A model generated the notes under the pieces. The model saw only the letters and a list, made by a program, of their open reading frames with translations, did not search any database and was not told the DNA's origin. A stretch of DNA of 58,314 nt, from the NCBI GenBank assembly GCA_009379795.1, contig WHTC01000001.1, positions 1 to 58,314 of the forward strand. The letters are read 5' to 3'. Shown piece by piece: positions 40,459 to 49,202 of the stretch. The number at the start of each line of letters is the position of its first letter. Position 1 is the stretch's first letter. The position numbers and the translations under genes are program-made. Source of the DNA: Nitriliruptorales bacterium (lineage in GTDB: Bacteria > Actinomycetota > Nitriliruptoria > Euzebyales > Egibacteraceae).

Positions 40459-41313
40459 TCAGACCGGGACGTCGTGCTCGCGGAGGGCGTCGTTCAGCGA
40501 CACCTTGGTGTCGGTGCTGGCGCTGCGGGTGCCGATGATCAGCGCGCAGGGCACCTGGTAGGTGCCCGCGGGGAACTGCTTGGGCCTGGTTCCGGGGATC
40601 ACGACTGCGCGCGACGGGACCCGCCCGCGGGAGAGGACCGGCTCTCGGCCGGTCACGTCGATGATGTGCGTGGAGGATGTCAGCACGGTGCCGGCGCCGA
40701 GCACGGCGCCCTCCCCGACGACCAAGCCCTCGACGAGGATGCAGCGCGACCCGACGAAGGCTTCGTCCTCGACGATCACCGGTCTGGCCCCGGGCGGTTC
40801 CAGGACGCCGCCGATGCCGACCCCGCCGGCGAGGTGCACGTTGCGACCGATCTGCGCGCAGGATCCTACCGTGGCCCACGTGTCCACCATCGTCCCGGCA
40901 CCGACCCACGCCCCGAGGTTCACGTAGCTGGGCATCAGCACCGCGCCAGCCTCGACGAACGCCCCATGGCGCACAACCGCGGGCGGCACGACCCGCACGC
41001 CCGCCTGGGCGTACCCGTGCTTGAGCGGGATCCTGTCGTGGTACTCGTACGGCCCGACCTCGACGGTCTCCATGTCGCGCTGGCGGAACGACAGCAGGAT
41101 CGCGCGCTTCAGCCACTCGTTCACGACCCACTCGCCGTCCCGCCGCTCGGCCACCCGCGCCTTGCCCTCGTCCAGCAGGCCCAGGGCCTCGTTCACGGCC
41201 TCGACCACGTCGGGGCGGCGGGCCGCGGCGGGATCCCCGGCCGCGAACGCGGCGTCGATCACGGCTTCCAGGCTTGCGGAATCGGCTGACACGCTGCTGC
41301 TCCTGTGGGTCAT
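40459..41313 (-). CDS. dapD: 2,3,4,5-tetrahydropyridine-2,6-dicarboxylate N-succinyltransferase
   Basis: The internal ATG at 41313 is used. Hexapeptide-repeat region ..MPSYVNLGAWVGAGTMVDTWATVGSCAQIGRNVHLAGGVGIGGVLEP.. and the N-terminal ..EWLKRAILLSFR.. pattern. Confidence 0.9.
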   Translation of the reverse strand: MTHRSSSVSADSASLEAVIDAAFAAGDPAAARRPDVVEAVNEALGLLDEGKARVAERRDGEWVVNEWLKRAILLSFRQRDMETVEVGPYEYHDRIPLKHGYAQAGVRVVPPAVVRHGAFVEAGAVLMPSYVNLGAWVGAGTMVDTWATVGSCAQIGRNVHLAGGVGIGGVLEPPGARPVIVEDEAFVGSRCILVEGLVVGEGAVLGAGTVLTSSTHIIDVTGREPVLSRGRVPSRAVVIPGTRPKQFPAGTYQVPCALIIGTRSASTDTKVSLNDALREHDVPV

Positions 41314-41332
41314 GGTCGGTCGATGCGGAGGG

Positions 41333-42529
41333 TCAGGCGTGACCGGGCAGCGCCCCGCTCGCGATGGCGTCGCGCCAGATCGCCACAGCCTCCTTGCAGC
41401 CCTCGACATCGGGGACCAAGGCCAGCCGCAGCCATCCCCTGCCCCCCGGACCGAAGGCCCGGCCGGGCGAGGCGATCACGCGGTGGCGCAGGAGGGCTTG
41501 GGCATAGGCCATATCGTCCCCGCCCGGCGCGGCGAACCACACGTAGAAGGTGGCGTCGCTGCGGCTGACCGGGACCCCGGCGTCGTCCAGGAAGCCCAGC
41601 ACGATCGCACGCTTGGCATTGAAGACCGCCCGGCGGTCGGCCACGTGCGCATCATCGGACCAGGCGGCCACGGCCGCCCGCTGCACGAACTCGGGTGAGG
41701 CGGTGCCGATGTTGGGCCGCAACAGACGCTGCTGGGCGATCAACTGCGGGTCGCCCACCAGCGCGCCGCTTCGGTAGCCGGTCATCCCGGAACGTTTCGA
41801 CAGGCTGAAGGCGACCAGCAGACCGGTGAGATCCGGGTTCTCGGGGTCATCCCCCGCGGCGGCCTGCAGCGCCGACGGCGGCGTCGCGCCGGGGTCACTG
41901 AAGATATCGACGTAGCACTCGTCACTGGCCAGGATCAGCCCGCCCTCACGCGCCGTCGCCAGGCTCCGCCGGTAGAAGGTCAGGTCGACGGTCGCGCCGG
42001 TCGGGTTGTGCGGGTAGTTGACCCACGCCAGACAGGCCTGGTCGAGCCGCGACGCCGGCAGGTCGGCGAGCTCCAGCCGCCAGCCCTGGTCAGGGGTCAG
42101 CGGGATGGCGTCGCTGGTGCCACCGGCGAAGCGCTGGCCGCGCTCGTAAACCGGGTAGCCGGGGTCACCCCAGATGACCGCACGGCGCGGTCCGTCCGGG
42201 TCCACCAGGGCCAGCGGCAGGTGGAAGACCGCCTCCTTGCTGCCGGCGGTCGGCAACACGTGCGTATCAGGGTCCACCCGCACACCGAAACGGCGCTGGA
42301 TCCAGGCGGCCACGGCCTCCCGCAACTCGCGGATGCCGCCCGCGGTCGGGTACTGGCTGACCGCCGGGATGCCGGCCACCAGTGCATGGCGGATGAGCGC
42401 CGGTGTCGGCTCGATGGGGTCCCCGATGGAGAAATCGTGCAACGGCGTCCCGTCGGCCGCCAGCTCGGCCTTAAGATCCTGGTAAGCGGCCAAGGGATAG
42501 CCGCCGACCTCGCGCAGCAAGGGGTTCAT
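41333..42529 (-). CDS. dapC: class I aminotransferase, succinyldiaminopimelate transaminase-like
   Basis: ..DFSIGDPIEPTP..YPTAGGIRELREAV.. and ..FSLSKRSGMTGYRSG.. (PLP lysine). It is co-directional with dapD and dapE. Confidence 0.8.
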   Translation of the reverse strand: MNPLLREVGGYPLAAYQDLKAELAADGTPLHDFSIGDPIEPTPALIRHALVAGIPAVSQYPTAGGIRELREAVAAWIQRRFGVRVDPDTHVLPTAGSKEAVFHLPLALVDPDGPRRAVIWGDPGYPVYERGQRFAGGTSDAIPLTPDQGWRLELADLPASRLDQACLAWVNYPHNPTGATVDLTFYRRSLATAREGGLILASDECYVDIFSDPGATPPSALQAAAGDDPENPDLTGLLVAFSLSKRSGMTGYRSGALVGDPQLIAQQRLLRPNIGTASPEFVQRAAVAAWSDDAHVADRRAVFNAKRAIVLGFLDDAGVPVSRSDATFYVWFAAPGGDDMAYAQALLRHRVIASPGRAFGPGGRGWLRLALVPDVEGCKEAVAIWRDAIASGALPGHA

Positions 42530-42785
42530 AGGCCTGGAATACTAGCGACAGGAGGCGGGATGGCGAACAGCCGTCACCCACGCCCATACGGCGCGGTGAG
42601 GCGCTTGCGCGAACGCTCCGAACGCCGCTGAGGCTCCGCGGGGCGATCAGGGGCGCGCGCTAGGGTCGGAGGGCTGAACTTTTCTCGATTTGAGAACGCG
42701 TCTCGGGAACAGTTCCAATCGCTCGCGTGTTGGGCATCATGTGAAAACACGCACAAGCAAGCACAAGGGAGGGAGAGTGGCCACG

Positions 42786-43679
42786 ATGAGTGTCCCTGAA
42801 GACCTCCTCGACCTGTACTTCTCCGAGCTCGGCAAGGTGCGTCTGCTGACGGCGGAGGACGAGGTCCGCCTCGCGAAGACCATCGAGGCGGGTCGCGAAG
42901 CCCAGCAGCATTTGGACGAGGGTGCGACCGAGAACGTCGAGGAACTCGAGCGCACTGTCCGGCAGGGACACGAGGCCTTCGATCACTTCGTCGCGGCGAA
43001 CCTGCGCCTGGTCGTCAGCGTTGCCGCGCAGTTCTCCAAGCGTTCGACGCTTGACCTGGGTGAACTCATCCAGGAGGGGAACCTGGGTCTCCTGCGCGCG
43101 GTCGAGAAGTTTGACTGGCGGCGGGGCTACAAGTTCTCCACCTACGCCACCTGGTGGATCCGTCAGGCGATCCAGCGCGGGGTCGCTGGCAGCGAGCGCA
43201 CCATCCGCCTGCCGGTCGCGCTGCACGACGCCCTGGTCAAGGTCCGGGCGGCGGCTGCAAGGCTCGAGAGCGAGCGCGGGCGGGAGCCGACGATCGAGGA
43301 ACTGGCCAAGGCGACCCGCCTGACGACGGCCAAGGTCGAGCGTGCGCTCGAGGGCGATCACGCGATGACGTCCCTTGACCGTCCGGTCGGGTTCGACAGC
43401 GACGCGAGCGATCTAGGCGAGTTCGTCGCGATCGCGCAGGATTCGCCGGCGGATGAGGTCGTGGAGAAGCACTTCGTCAGCGGCGTCTTCGCCAAGGCGC
43501 AGGAGAGCCTTGACGAGCGCAGCTGGTACGTCCTGACCCGGCGCTACGGGCTGGACGGCCGCCAGATCCTGACCCTGGATGCGCTGGGACGGGAGCTTGG
43601 TCTGTCGCGCGAGAGCGTCCGCAAAATCGAGAACACCGCGCTCGCCCGTCTGCAGGCGGAGCTGGGCGTGGCCGCCTGA
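42786..43679 (+). CDS. sigma-70 family RNA polymerase sigma factor, group 1/2 type without a long region 1.1 (SigB-like)
   Basis: ..LDLYFSELGKVRLLTAEDEV.LAK.IE.., region 2 ..LRLVVSVA..GNLGLLRAVEKFDWRRGYKFSTYATWWIRQAI.. and region 4 ..LGLSRESVRKIENTAL... An alternative GTG start at 42777 lies right after GGAGGGAGA. Confidence 0.9.
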   Translation: MSVPEDLLDLYFSELGKVRLLTAEDEVRLAKTIEAGREAQQHLDEGATENVEELERTVRQGHEAFDHFVAANLRLVVSVAAQFSKRSTLDLGELIQEGNLGLLRAVEKFDWRRGYKFSTYATWWIRQAIQRGVAGSERTIRLPVALHDALVKVRAAAARLESERGREPTIEELAKATRLTTAKVERALEGDHAMTSLDRPVGFDSDASDLGEFVAIAQDSPADEVVEKHFVSGVFAKAQESLDERSWYVLTRRYGLDGRQILTLDALGRELGLSRESVRKIENTALARLQAELGVAA

Positions 43680-43706
43680 ACCGAGAAGCAACACGTCGAG
43701 GCAGGT

Positions 43707-43741
43707 GAGAGGCCCTGATCCCTTGGGAATCAGGGCCTCTC
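43707..43741 (+). terminator. 13-bp perfect-stem hairpin after the sigma factor gene
   Basis: GAGAGGCCCTGAT (43707-43719) pairs with ATCAGGGCCTCTC (43729-43741). It starts 28 nt after the stop at 43679. Confidence 0.6.
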
Positions 43742-43804
43742 CTGTCTGGACTGCAGCCTCCAGTCCTGACCGGACCGCAGACTCCAGCGGCGGCTGATCT
43801 GAAA

Positions 43805-43842
43805 TTGAACCGTAGGCCTCGCATATGAGGCCTACGGTTCAA
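43805..43842. terminator. 16-bp perfect-stem hairpin between convergent genes
   Basis: TTGAACCGTAGGCCTC (43805-43820), loop GCATAT, GAGGCCTACGGTTCAA (43827-43842). It lies 32 nt from the stop of the minus-strand gene at 43874. Confidence 0.55.
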
Positions 43843-43873
43843 TCATGGGCGGGCTGGAGCCGCCCGAGCGGCC

Positions 43874-44320
43874 TCAGGTGGGGATGGCGTCGGGAGGTTG
43901 CGCGGCGTCGACCGCGTGCCGCAGCGGGGCCAGGAACGGGAACGCGGTCGGTTCCAGCTCTTCGGGCGCGAGGAATTCGCCCAGCCCCTGTTCGGTGAGT
44001 GGCGCCGCCGTGATCGACGAGTGGTGGCGGCGGGCCCCGTAGACCACCACCACGACGTCGACCGGCCCGGGCTCGGCGTCCATGGTCGCCTCGGCCAGGA
44101 AGCCGAACGCGGGGGCGTTGACCGGGCGCATCTTCTCGGCCGCGAACCGCGTGAGCAGGTCGAAGCGTGTCCGGTCATCGTTGGGAAAGCCCGGAAACGT
44201 GGTCACGCTCGTCGCCTCGGGCAATGGCACGACAACCGCCGGGGGCAGGGGCCGTGTCTCCCGCTCGACCAGGTCGTGGGCGGCCTGACGACACAGCACG
44301 TCCAGTTCCTCGATCCTCAT
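43874..44320 (-). CDS. hypothetical protein (148 aa)
   Basis: The ORF has good third-position GC bias, and its start overlaps the upstream gene stop (44317-44320). No motif recognised. Confidence 0.6.
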   Translation of the reverse strand: MRIEELDVLCRQAAHDLVERETRPLPPAVVVPLPEATSVTTFPGFPNDDRTRFDLLTRFAAEKMRPVNAPAFGFLAEATMDAEPGPVDVVVVVYGARRHHSSITAAPLTEQGLGEFLAPEELEPTAFPFLAPLRHAVDAAQPPDAIPT

Positions 44321-44880
44321 TCGGTCTGCGGCTCCCCCGGGCCGGCCTCCCGCTCCTCACGCTCGGCCAGTCCCACACGAAGGTCCTCGGCTGCGGCGAG
44401 GAACACCTGCTGCCAGTCGTTGTCCACGGCGATCGCGGGGACCGTCTCCTCCACGATCTCCTCGCGGAGGCTGCCGGGAACATCGAAGGTATCCACCGGC
44501 TCGATGCCGAAGAAGCGCTGGCGGTCCCGGGGGTCCTCCCGGTCCACGATTGTGCTCTCGAAGTCTCCGGGCCTGGCAACGGCCACCAACGCCACGTCGG
44601 CCCCCCACTGTTCGATCAGCAGTTGGCCGGCGCGGCGGGCCTCGCCGCGGCTGGCCTGCTCGGTCTCGTAGGTCAACGCCACGACGTCCCGGTCGTCGAA
44701 GGGACGCAGTCGGTCCTCGATTTCAGCCTGGTCCAGGATCTCCGCCTGGTCGAGCACCACCTGGCCGGGCTCGCGCTCGGGCACGTCGAGGTCGACCGGC
44801 GGCTCGCCGCACGCGGTCAGCGGCAGCGTCGTCAGGGCCATCAGGGCCGCCCGGGCAGCCCTACGCATCGAGCGCCTCAC
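44317..44880 (-). CDS. lipoprotein, possibly TPM-domain-like
   Basis: MRRSMRRAARAALMALTTLPLTAC is a signal peptide with lipobox LTAC. The body ..VVLDQAEILDQAE....VVALTYE......A..L.EQWGADVALVAV.. loosely resembles TPM/DUF477 domains. Confidence 0.6.
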   Translation of the reverse strand: MRRSMRRAARAALMALTTLPLTACGEPPVDLDVPEREPGQVVLDQAEILDQAEIEDRLRPFDDRDVVALTYETEQASRGEARRAGQLLIEQWGADVALVAVARPGDFESTIVDREDPRDRQRFFGIEPVDTFDVPGSLREEIVEETVPAIAVDNDWQQVFLAAAEDLRVGLAEREEREAGPGEPQTE

Positions 44881-45748
44881 TCAGGCGCCGCACCGGACCT
44901 TCGAGGGCATGGCGCTCGGCCAACTCTGCGAGCCGGGCGACGTCCCGGGTGCCGCGGATCATCGTGAGCTCGGCGTCGCTGCGCACCGGGACGACCTTGC
45001 GCATCGCCGCCAGGTAGTCCCGGGCCGACACCAACCGCTGGCCGAGCTTGGGGGACAGCCGGTCGGCCGCGCCCATCAGCGACTCCAGCGAGGGATACTC
45101 GCGGATCAGGTCGCGGGCGGTCTTCTCCCCCACGCCCTTCACCCCCGGAAGCCCGTCGGAGGGGTCCCCGCGCAGGATGGCGAAGTCCACGTAGCGCCGC
45201 GGTGGGATGCCGTACTTCTCCTCGACCGCCGCCTGGTCGAAGGCGGCCAACTCCCTGACCCCCTTCACGGTGAACAGCACACGCACGGCTGCGTCGCCCG
45301 GCCCCTTGCCGTCGCGGACCAACTGCAGCAGATCGCGGTCGCCGGTGACGATATCGATGCGCTCGCCGGGTCCGGCCTGGGCACACAGCGTGCCGATCGC
45401 GTCATCGGCCTCCCAGCCCTCGGCGATCACGCGCACACCGCCGAAGGCTTCCAGGACCTCATCCAGCAGGGTGAACTGCCAGGGCAGCGCCTCGGGATCG
45501 GGCGGGCGCTCCGCCTTGTAGCCGGAGTAGACGGCGACCCGCGGCGCCGGCCGCCAGTCGTGGTCCAGGCAGTGCAGGATCTCGTCGGGGGCGTGCTCCC
45601 GGGTCAGGCTGGCGACCATGTCGAGGTAGCCGCGCACGGCATTGACCGGCCGGTCGTCGGCGTCGGTGATGGTCACCGGCAGTGCGAAGAACGCCCGGTA
45701 GGCGAGGCTGGAGGTATCGAGCAGCAGTCGATGAACCATGACCGTCAA
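44861..45748 (-). CDS. 5'-3' exonuclease / flap endonuclease (Pol I N-terminal domain homolog)
   Basis: ..LLLDTSSLAYRAFFALP.., ..IVTGDRDLLQLV.. and the helix-hairpin-helix ..GVKGVGEKTARDLI... Confidence 0.9.
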   Translation of the reverse strand: MTVMVHRLLLDTSSLAYRAFFALPVTITDADDRPVNAVRGYLDMVASLTREHAPDEILHCLDHDWRPAPRVAVYSGYKAERPPDPEALPWQFTLLDEVLEAFGGVRVIAEGWEADDAIGTLCAQAGPGERIDIVTGDRDLLQLVRDGKGPGDAAVRVLFTVKGVRELAAFDQAAVEEKYGIPPRRYVDFAILRGDPSDGLPGVKGVGEKTARDLIREYPSLESLMGAADRLSPKLGQRLVSARDYLAAMRKVVPVRSDAELTMIRGTRDVARLAELAERHALEGPVRRLSEALDA

Positions 45749-45813
45749 CGATACGTCTCGCCGGCGGCCGCCGACATCGGACGGCCGCCAGACCCGACTA
45801 GGATGACCCCTTC

Positions 45814-46581
45814 ATGAGCACAGACATGTTCGCAGCCCGCGAGACCGACACCCTGATCTGGATCTCCGGGGCCTCCTCCGGCATCGGCGCGGCGCTGGCC
45901 GCCACCGTCCCGTTCGATAGGGCGCACGTGGTGGACATCTCGCGCTCCGGCGGAGCTCCGGGGGTTGAGCATCTGCCCGCTGACCTCTCGGACCCGTCGT
46001 CCTGGGCGATGATCGAGGCGCACTTCGTCGCCCGCCTGGGCGGCGCCGAGGCGAAACAGGCGATCTTCGTCCACAGCGCCGGCACGCTCGAGCCGATCGG
46101 ACCGGCCGGGACGGTCGACTCCGCCGCCTACACCCGCAATGTGCTGCTGAACTCGGCGGCGCCCCAGGTGCTCGGTCATGCGTTCCTGAAGGCCGCGGCC
46201 GGCTTCTCCGGGGAAGCTCATCTCTACCTGCTCAGCTCGGGCGCCGCGAGGAGCGCCTACGCCGGCTGGTCCAGTTATGGTGCGAGCAAGGCAGCAGTTG
46301 ACCAGTGGGTCCGCGCCGCGGGCCTGGAGCAGACCCAGCGCGCCGAGGAGGGGCTGCCCTCGTGCCGGGTGGTCGCCGTGACGCCTGGTGTGGTCGCCAC
46401 GTCCATGCAAGATCAGATCCGCGCGACCGACCCATCCGCCTTCCCGGACGTCGAGAAATTCAAAGGGTTGTACGAGCGCGGTGAATTGCGCAAGCCTGAG
46501 GACGCGGCGCGGGGCATCTGGTCGCTGGTCGACCGGCATCTGGACAACGGTGCCGTCATCGACCTGCGGAAGCTCACATGA
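45814..46581 (+). CDS. short-chain dehydrogenase/reductase (SDR)
   Basis: ..LIWISGASSGIGAALA.. (TGxxxGxG-like) and the catalytic ..YGASKAAVDQW... Confidence 0.85.
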   Translation: MSTDMFAARETDTLIWISGASSGIGAALAATVPFDRAHVVDISRSGGAPGVEHLPADLSDPSSWAMIEAHFVARLGGAEAKQAIFVHSAGTLEPIGPAGTVDSAAYTRNVLLNSAAPQVLGHAFLKAAAGFSGEAHLYLLSSGAARSAYAGWSSYGASKAAVDQWVRAAGLEQTQRAEEGLPSCRVVAVTPGVVATSMQDQIRATDPSAFPDVEKFKGLYERGELRKPEDAARGIWSLVDRHLDNGAVIDLRKLT

Positions 46582-47678
46582 GCGACTGGCCGTTCCCACC
46601 GCCGCGCACCCCCATGGAGGCGCGGGTGCGCGACGAGTTGCCCGACACGGGCAGTGCCCGCGGCCAGGCGCCGGGCGGCTGGGGCTACGAGCCCAAGTGG
46701 GACGGCTTTCGGGCCCTGTCCTGGAGCGGTCGTCCCGGAAGCGCGCCGGAGGCCGACGGGGACGCCCGGCTTGACAGCCGGAACCACCGACCCCTCCTGC
46801 GCTACTTCCCGGAGTTGCGAGGTGCGCTGGAGCAGTTGCCCGCCGGGTGCGTGGTCGACGGCGAGGTGGTCTACGTCCAGGGCGGCCGCACCGACTTCGA
46901 CGTGCTGTCTCAGCGCATCCACCCGGCCGAGTCGCGCATCGCCAAGCTGTCGGTGGAGACGCCGGCGCAATTGGTGGCCTTCGACCTGCTGGCGATCGAC
47001 GGCGAGGATCTGCGCCCGGCGCCGTACCGTGAGCGCCGCGAGCGCCTGGAGGCGCTGGTCGGCGGCCTGGAGCGTCCCTGGCACCTCACCCCGGCGACCC
47101 GCGACCGCACCGTCGCAGAGCAGTGGTTCACCGCGTTCGACTCCGCCGGCTGCGACGGCATCGTGGCCAAGCAACTCGACGAGCCCTATGTCGAAGGCAA
47201 GCGCCACATGATCAAGGTGAAGCTGCGGCGCACCATCGACGCGGTCGTCGGCGGGTACCGGATGCACAAACTCGGCGACCGGATCGGCTCGCTGCTGCTG
47301 GGGCTGTACGACCAGGCCGGGCAACTGCATTTCGTGGGGCACTGCTCGGGGTTCAGTGACGAGGAGCGCGTGGCCCTGCTCGACCGCATTACCCCGCTGC
47401 GGGTCGAGGACGGCTTCGGCAATGAAGCCCGCCGGCCCGGCGAGCCGAGCCGCTGGGCCAACGAGAAGACCCTGGAGTGGTACGCCGTCCGGCCGGAGTT
47501 GGTGTGCGAGGTGAGCGTCGACCAGTTCACCGGCATCCGCTTCCGCCACGCGTCACGCTTCGAGCGCTGGCGCCCGGACAAGGAGCCGCAAGACTGCGCC
47601 ATGGACCAGATCGAGCCGCCGCCCGGCCCCTCCTTCGACGACCTGGTCACCACGGTGGTGGAGCAGGAAGGCCTATGA
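46578..47678 (+). CDS. ligC: ATP-dependent DNA ligase, minimal LigC-like type
   Basis: Adenylation motif I ..YEPKWDGFRAL.. (KxDG), plus ..GIVAKQLDEPY..GKR..MIKVK... 366 aa. The ATG overlaps the SDR stop (ATGA). Confidence 0.85.
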   Translation: MSDWPFPPPRTPMEARVRDELPDTGSARGQAPGGWGYEPKWDGFRALSWSGRPGSAPEADGDARLDSRNHRPLLRYFPELRGALEQLPAGCVVDGEVVYVQGGRTDFDVLSQRIHPAESRIAKLSVETPAQLVAFDLLAIDGEDLRPAPYRERRERLEALVGGLERPWHLTPATRDRTVAEQWFTAFDSAGCDGIVAKQLDEPYVEGKRHMIKVKLRRTIDAVVGGYRMHKLGDRIGSLLLGLYDQAGQLHFVGHCSGFSDEERVALLDRITPLRVEDGFGNEARRPGEPSRWANEKTLEWYAVRPELVCEVSVDQFTGIRFRHASRFERWRPDKEPQDCAMDQIEPPPGPSFDDLVTTVVEQEGL

Positions 47679-47867
47679 GCGTCCCGCCATAGAGATCCCC
47701 GCCATCGTCGACCTGCCCCTCAACCCCCCACGGTCCCGGTCTGAACGGCGCACAGACGACCCGCCCGGGTCCCTTCAGGTCGACCGATCATGCTGCATGA
47801 AGGCAGTGACAGGATCGAGGACAGCGGAGGGAAGGCCTGGCCCTGGTACCGTCCAGCGGTGGACTCT

Positions 47868-48518
47868 ATGAGGAAACCTGCGAACGGGAGCGGACGACAC
47901 CACGGCGCCGGGCGGATGACCGCCAGCCAGCGACGCACCCAGCTGGTGGAGGTGGCCAAGGTCGTCTTCGCCGAGTTGGGCTACGCCGGTGCCAGCATCG
48001 AGGAGATCGCCTCCCGGGCCAGGGTCTCCAAGCCCGTCGTCTACGAGCACTTCGGCGGCAAGGAAGGTCTCTACGCGGTCGTGGTCGACCGCGAGACCAC
48101 CCGCCTGCTGGAGATGATCACCTCACGGCTCGGGCCTGGCCTGGGCGCGCGAGAGCAGGTCCTGGGCAGCGCGATGGCCTTCCTGGACTACATCGAGGCC
48201 GACTCCGAGGGCTTCCGGGTGCTCACGCGCGACTCGCCCGCCGCATTCGGCGGCGGTGGCATGGCCGGACTGCTGGCCGACGTCGCCGCCAAGGCCGAGG
48301 ATGTGCTCGCCGGCTTCTTCGCCGAGTCCGGACTGGGATTGGACACCGCACCGCTGTACGCGCATGCCCTGGTCGGCATGGTCGTGCACGTGGGCGGGTG
48401 GTGGGCCGAGGCCCGCGAACCGCCCAAAGAAGTTGTCGCGGCACACCTGACGGCGCTGGCCTATGTCGGGTTGTCACGCTTGCCCGCCGACCCGCAACGA
48501 CTCCTCAGGAAGCGCTGA
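47868..48518 (+). CDS. TetR/AcrR family transcriptional regulator
   Basis: HTH region ..RRTQLVEVAKVVFAELGYAGASIEEIASRARVSKPVVYEHFGGKEGLY... The start is uncertain (ATG 47868 or 47916). Confidence 0.85.
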   Translation: MRKPANGSGRHHGAGRMTASQRRTQLVEVAKVVFAELGYAGASIEEIASRARVSKPVVYEHFGGKEGLYAVVVDRETTRLLEMITSRLGPGLGAREQVLGSAMAFLDYIEADSEGFRVLTRDSPAAFGGGGMAGLLADVAAKAEDVLAGFFAESGLGLDTAPLYAHALVGMVVHVGGWWAEAREPPKEVVAAHLTALAYVGLSRLPADPQRLLRKR

Positions 48519-49155
48519 GGAAGGCGTCCGGATCGAGGTCCTCCAGGCTGGCGATCACCGCGTCAGCGGCGTCCATCACCGTGCCGGGGAAGGACGGACA
48601 GCCAATCACCCACAGGCCACCCGTCTTGGCCGCCGCGGCACCCACCGGGGAGTCCTCGAGGCACACCGACCGGGCCGGATCGGCGCCGAGCAGCTCACAG
48701 GCTCGGAGGTAGGGGTCGGGTGCGGGCTTGGGCCGGATCACGTCCTCCGCGCAGACCACCGCCTGCACAAAGGGCGCCAACCCCGCCGAGGTCAGCGACA
48801 GATCGGCGAGCACCCGTCGAGAGTTGGTGGCCACCCCCAGTGGGACGCGACCGTGCAGCGCCTCCAGCAGCGCCACCGCGCCTGGGAGCGGGATGATGCC
48901 GCGCCGGAACTCGGCCACAGCGGCCTGCAGCAGCCGTCGCTCCATCTCGCGGCGATCGCGCAGCCCCAGGAAGTCGGCGAGCACCTGAGCGGCGTCCAGG
49001 GGACCGCGGCCCAGCATCAGGGCGCGGATCGCCGGATCCCAGGGCTTACCGCAGTCCTCCACGACCCGGCGCTCGGCCCGGCCCCAGGCGCCCTCGGAGT
49101 CCACGAGCAGGCCGTCGAGGTCGAGCACCACGGCCTGAGGGCGAAACGGCGGCAC
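48505..49155 (-). CDS. HAD-superfamily hydrolase (beta-phosphoglucomutase/phosphatase-like)
   Basis: Motif I ..VVLDLDGLLVDSE.., ..VATNS.. and ..CLEDSPVG... Confidence 0.8.
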   Translation of the reverse strand: MPPFRPQAVVLDLDGLLVDSEGAWGRAERRVVEDCGKPWDPAIRALMLGRGPLDAAQVLADFLGLRDRREMERRLLQAAVAEFRRGIIPLPGAVALLEALHGRVPLGVATNSRRVLADLSLTSAGLAPFVQAVVCAEDVIRPKPAPDPYLRACELLGADPARSVCLEDSPVGAAAAKTGGLWVIGCPSFPGTVMDAADAVIASLEDLDPDAFLSAS

Positions 49156-49202
49156 CGGACCGCGCGCCCCCGACGAGGCCGGCAGCCGTGAGAAACGAGT
49201 GC

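Noticed and set aside
39370-42529. Co-directional dapE-dapD-dapC as an unusual pathway cluster.
   Set aside because: All three are standard succinylase-branch lysine biosynthesis genes. Clustering them is unremarkable and needs no special explanation.
43805-43842. A GGTTCAA string suggested a tRNA T-arm.
   Set aside because: It is one arm of a perfect 16-bp palindrome. No acceptor, D or anticodon arms can be drawn. No other tRNA-like T-loop motifs were seen in the window.
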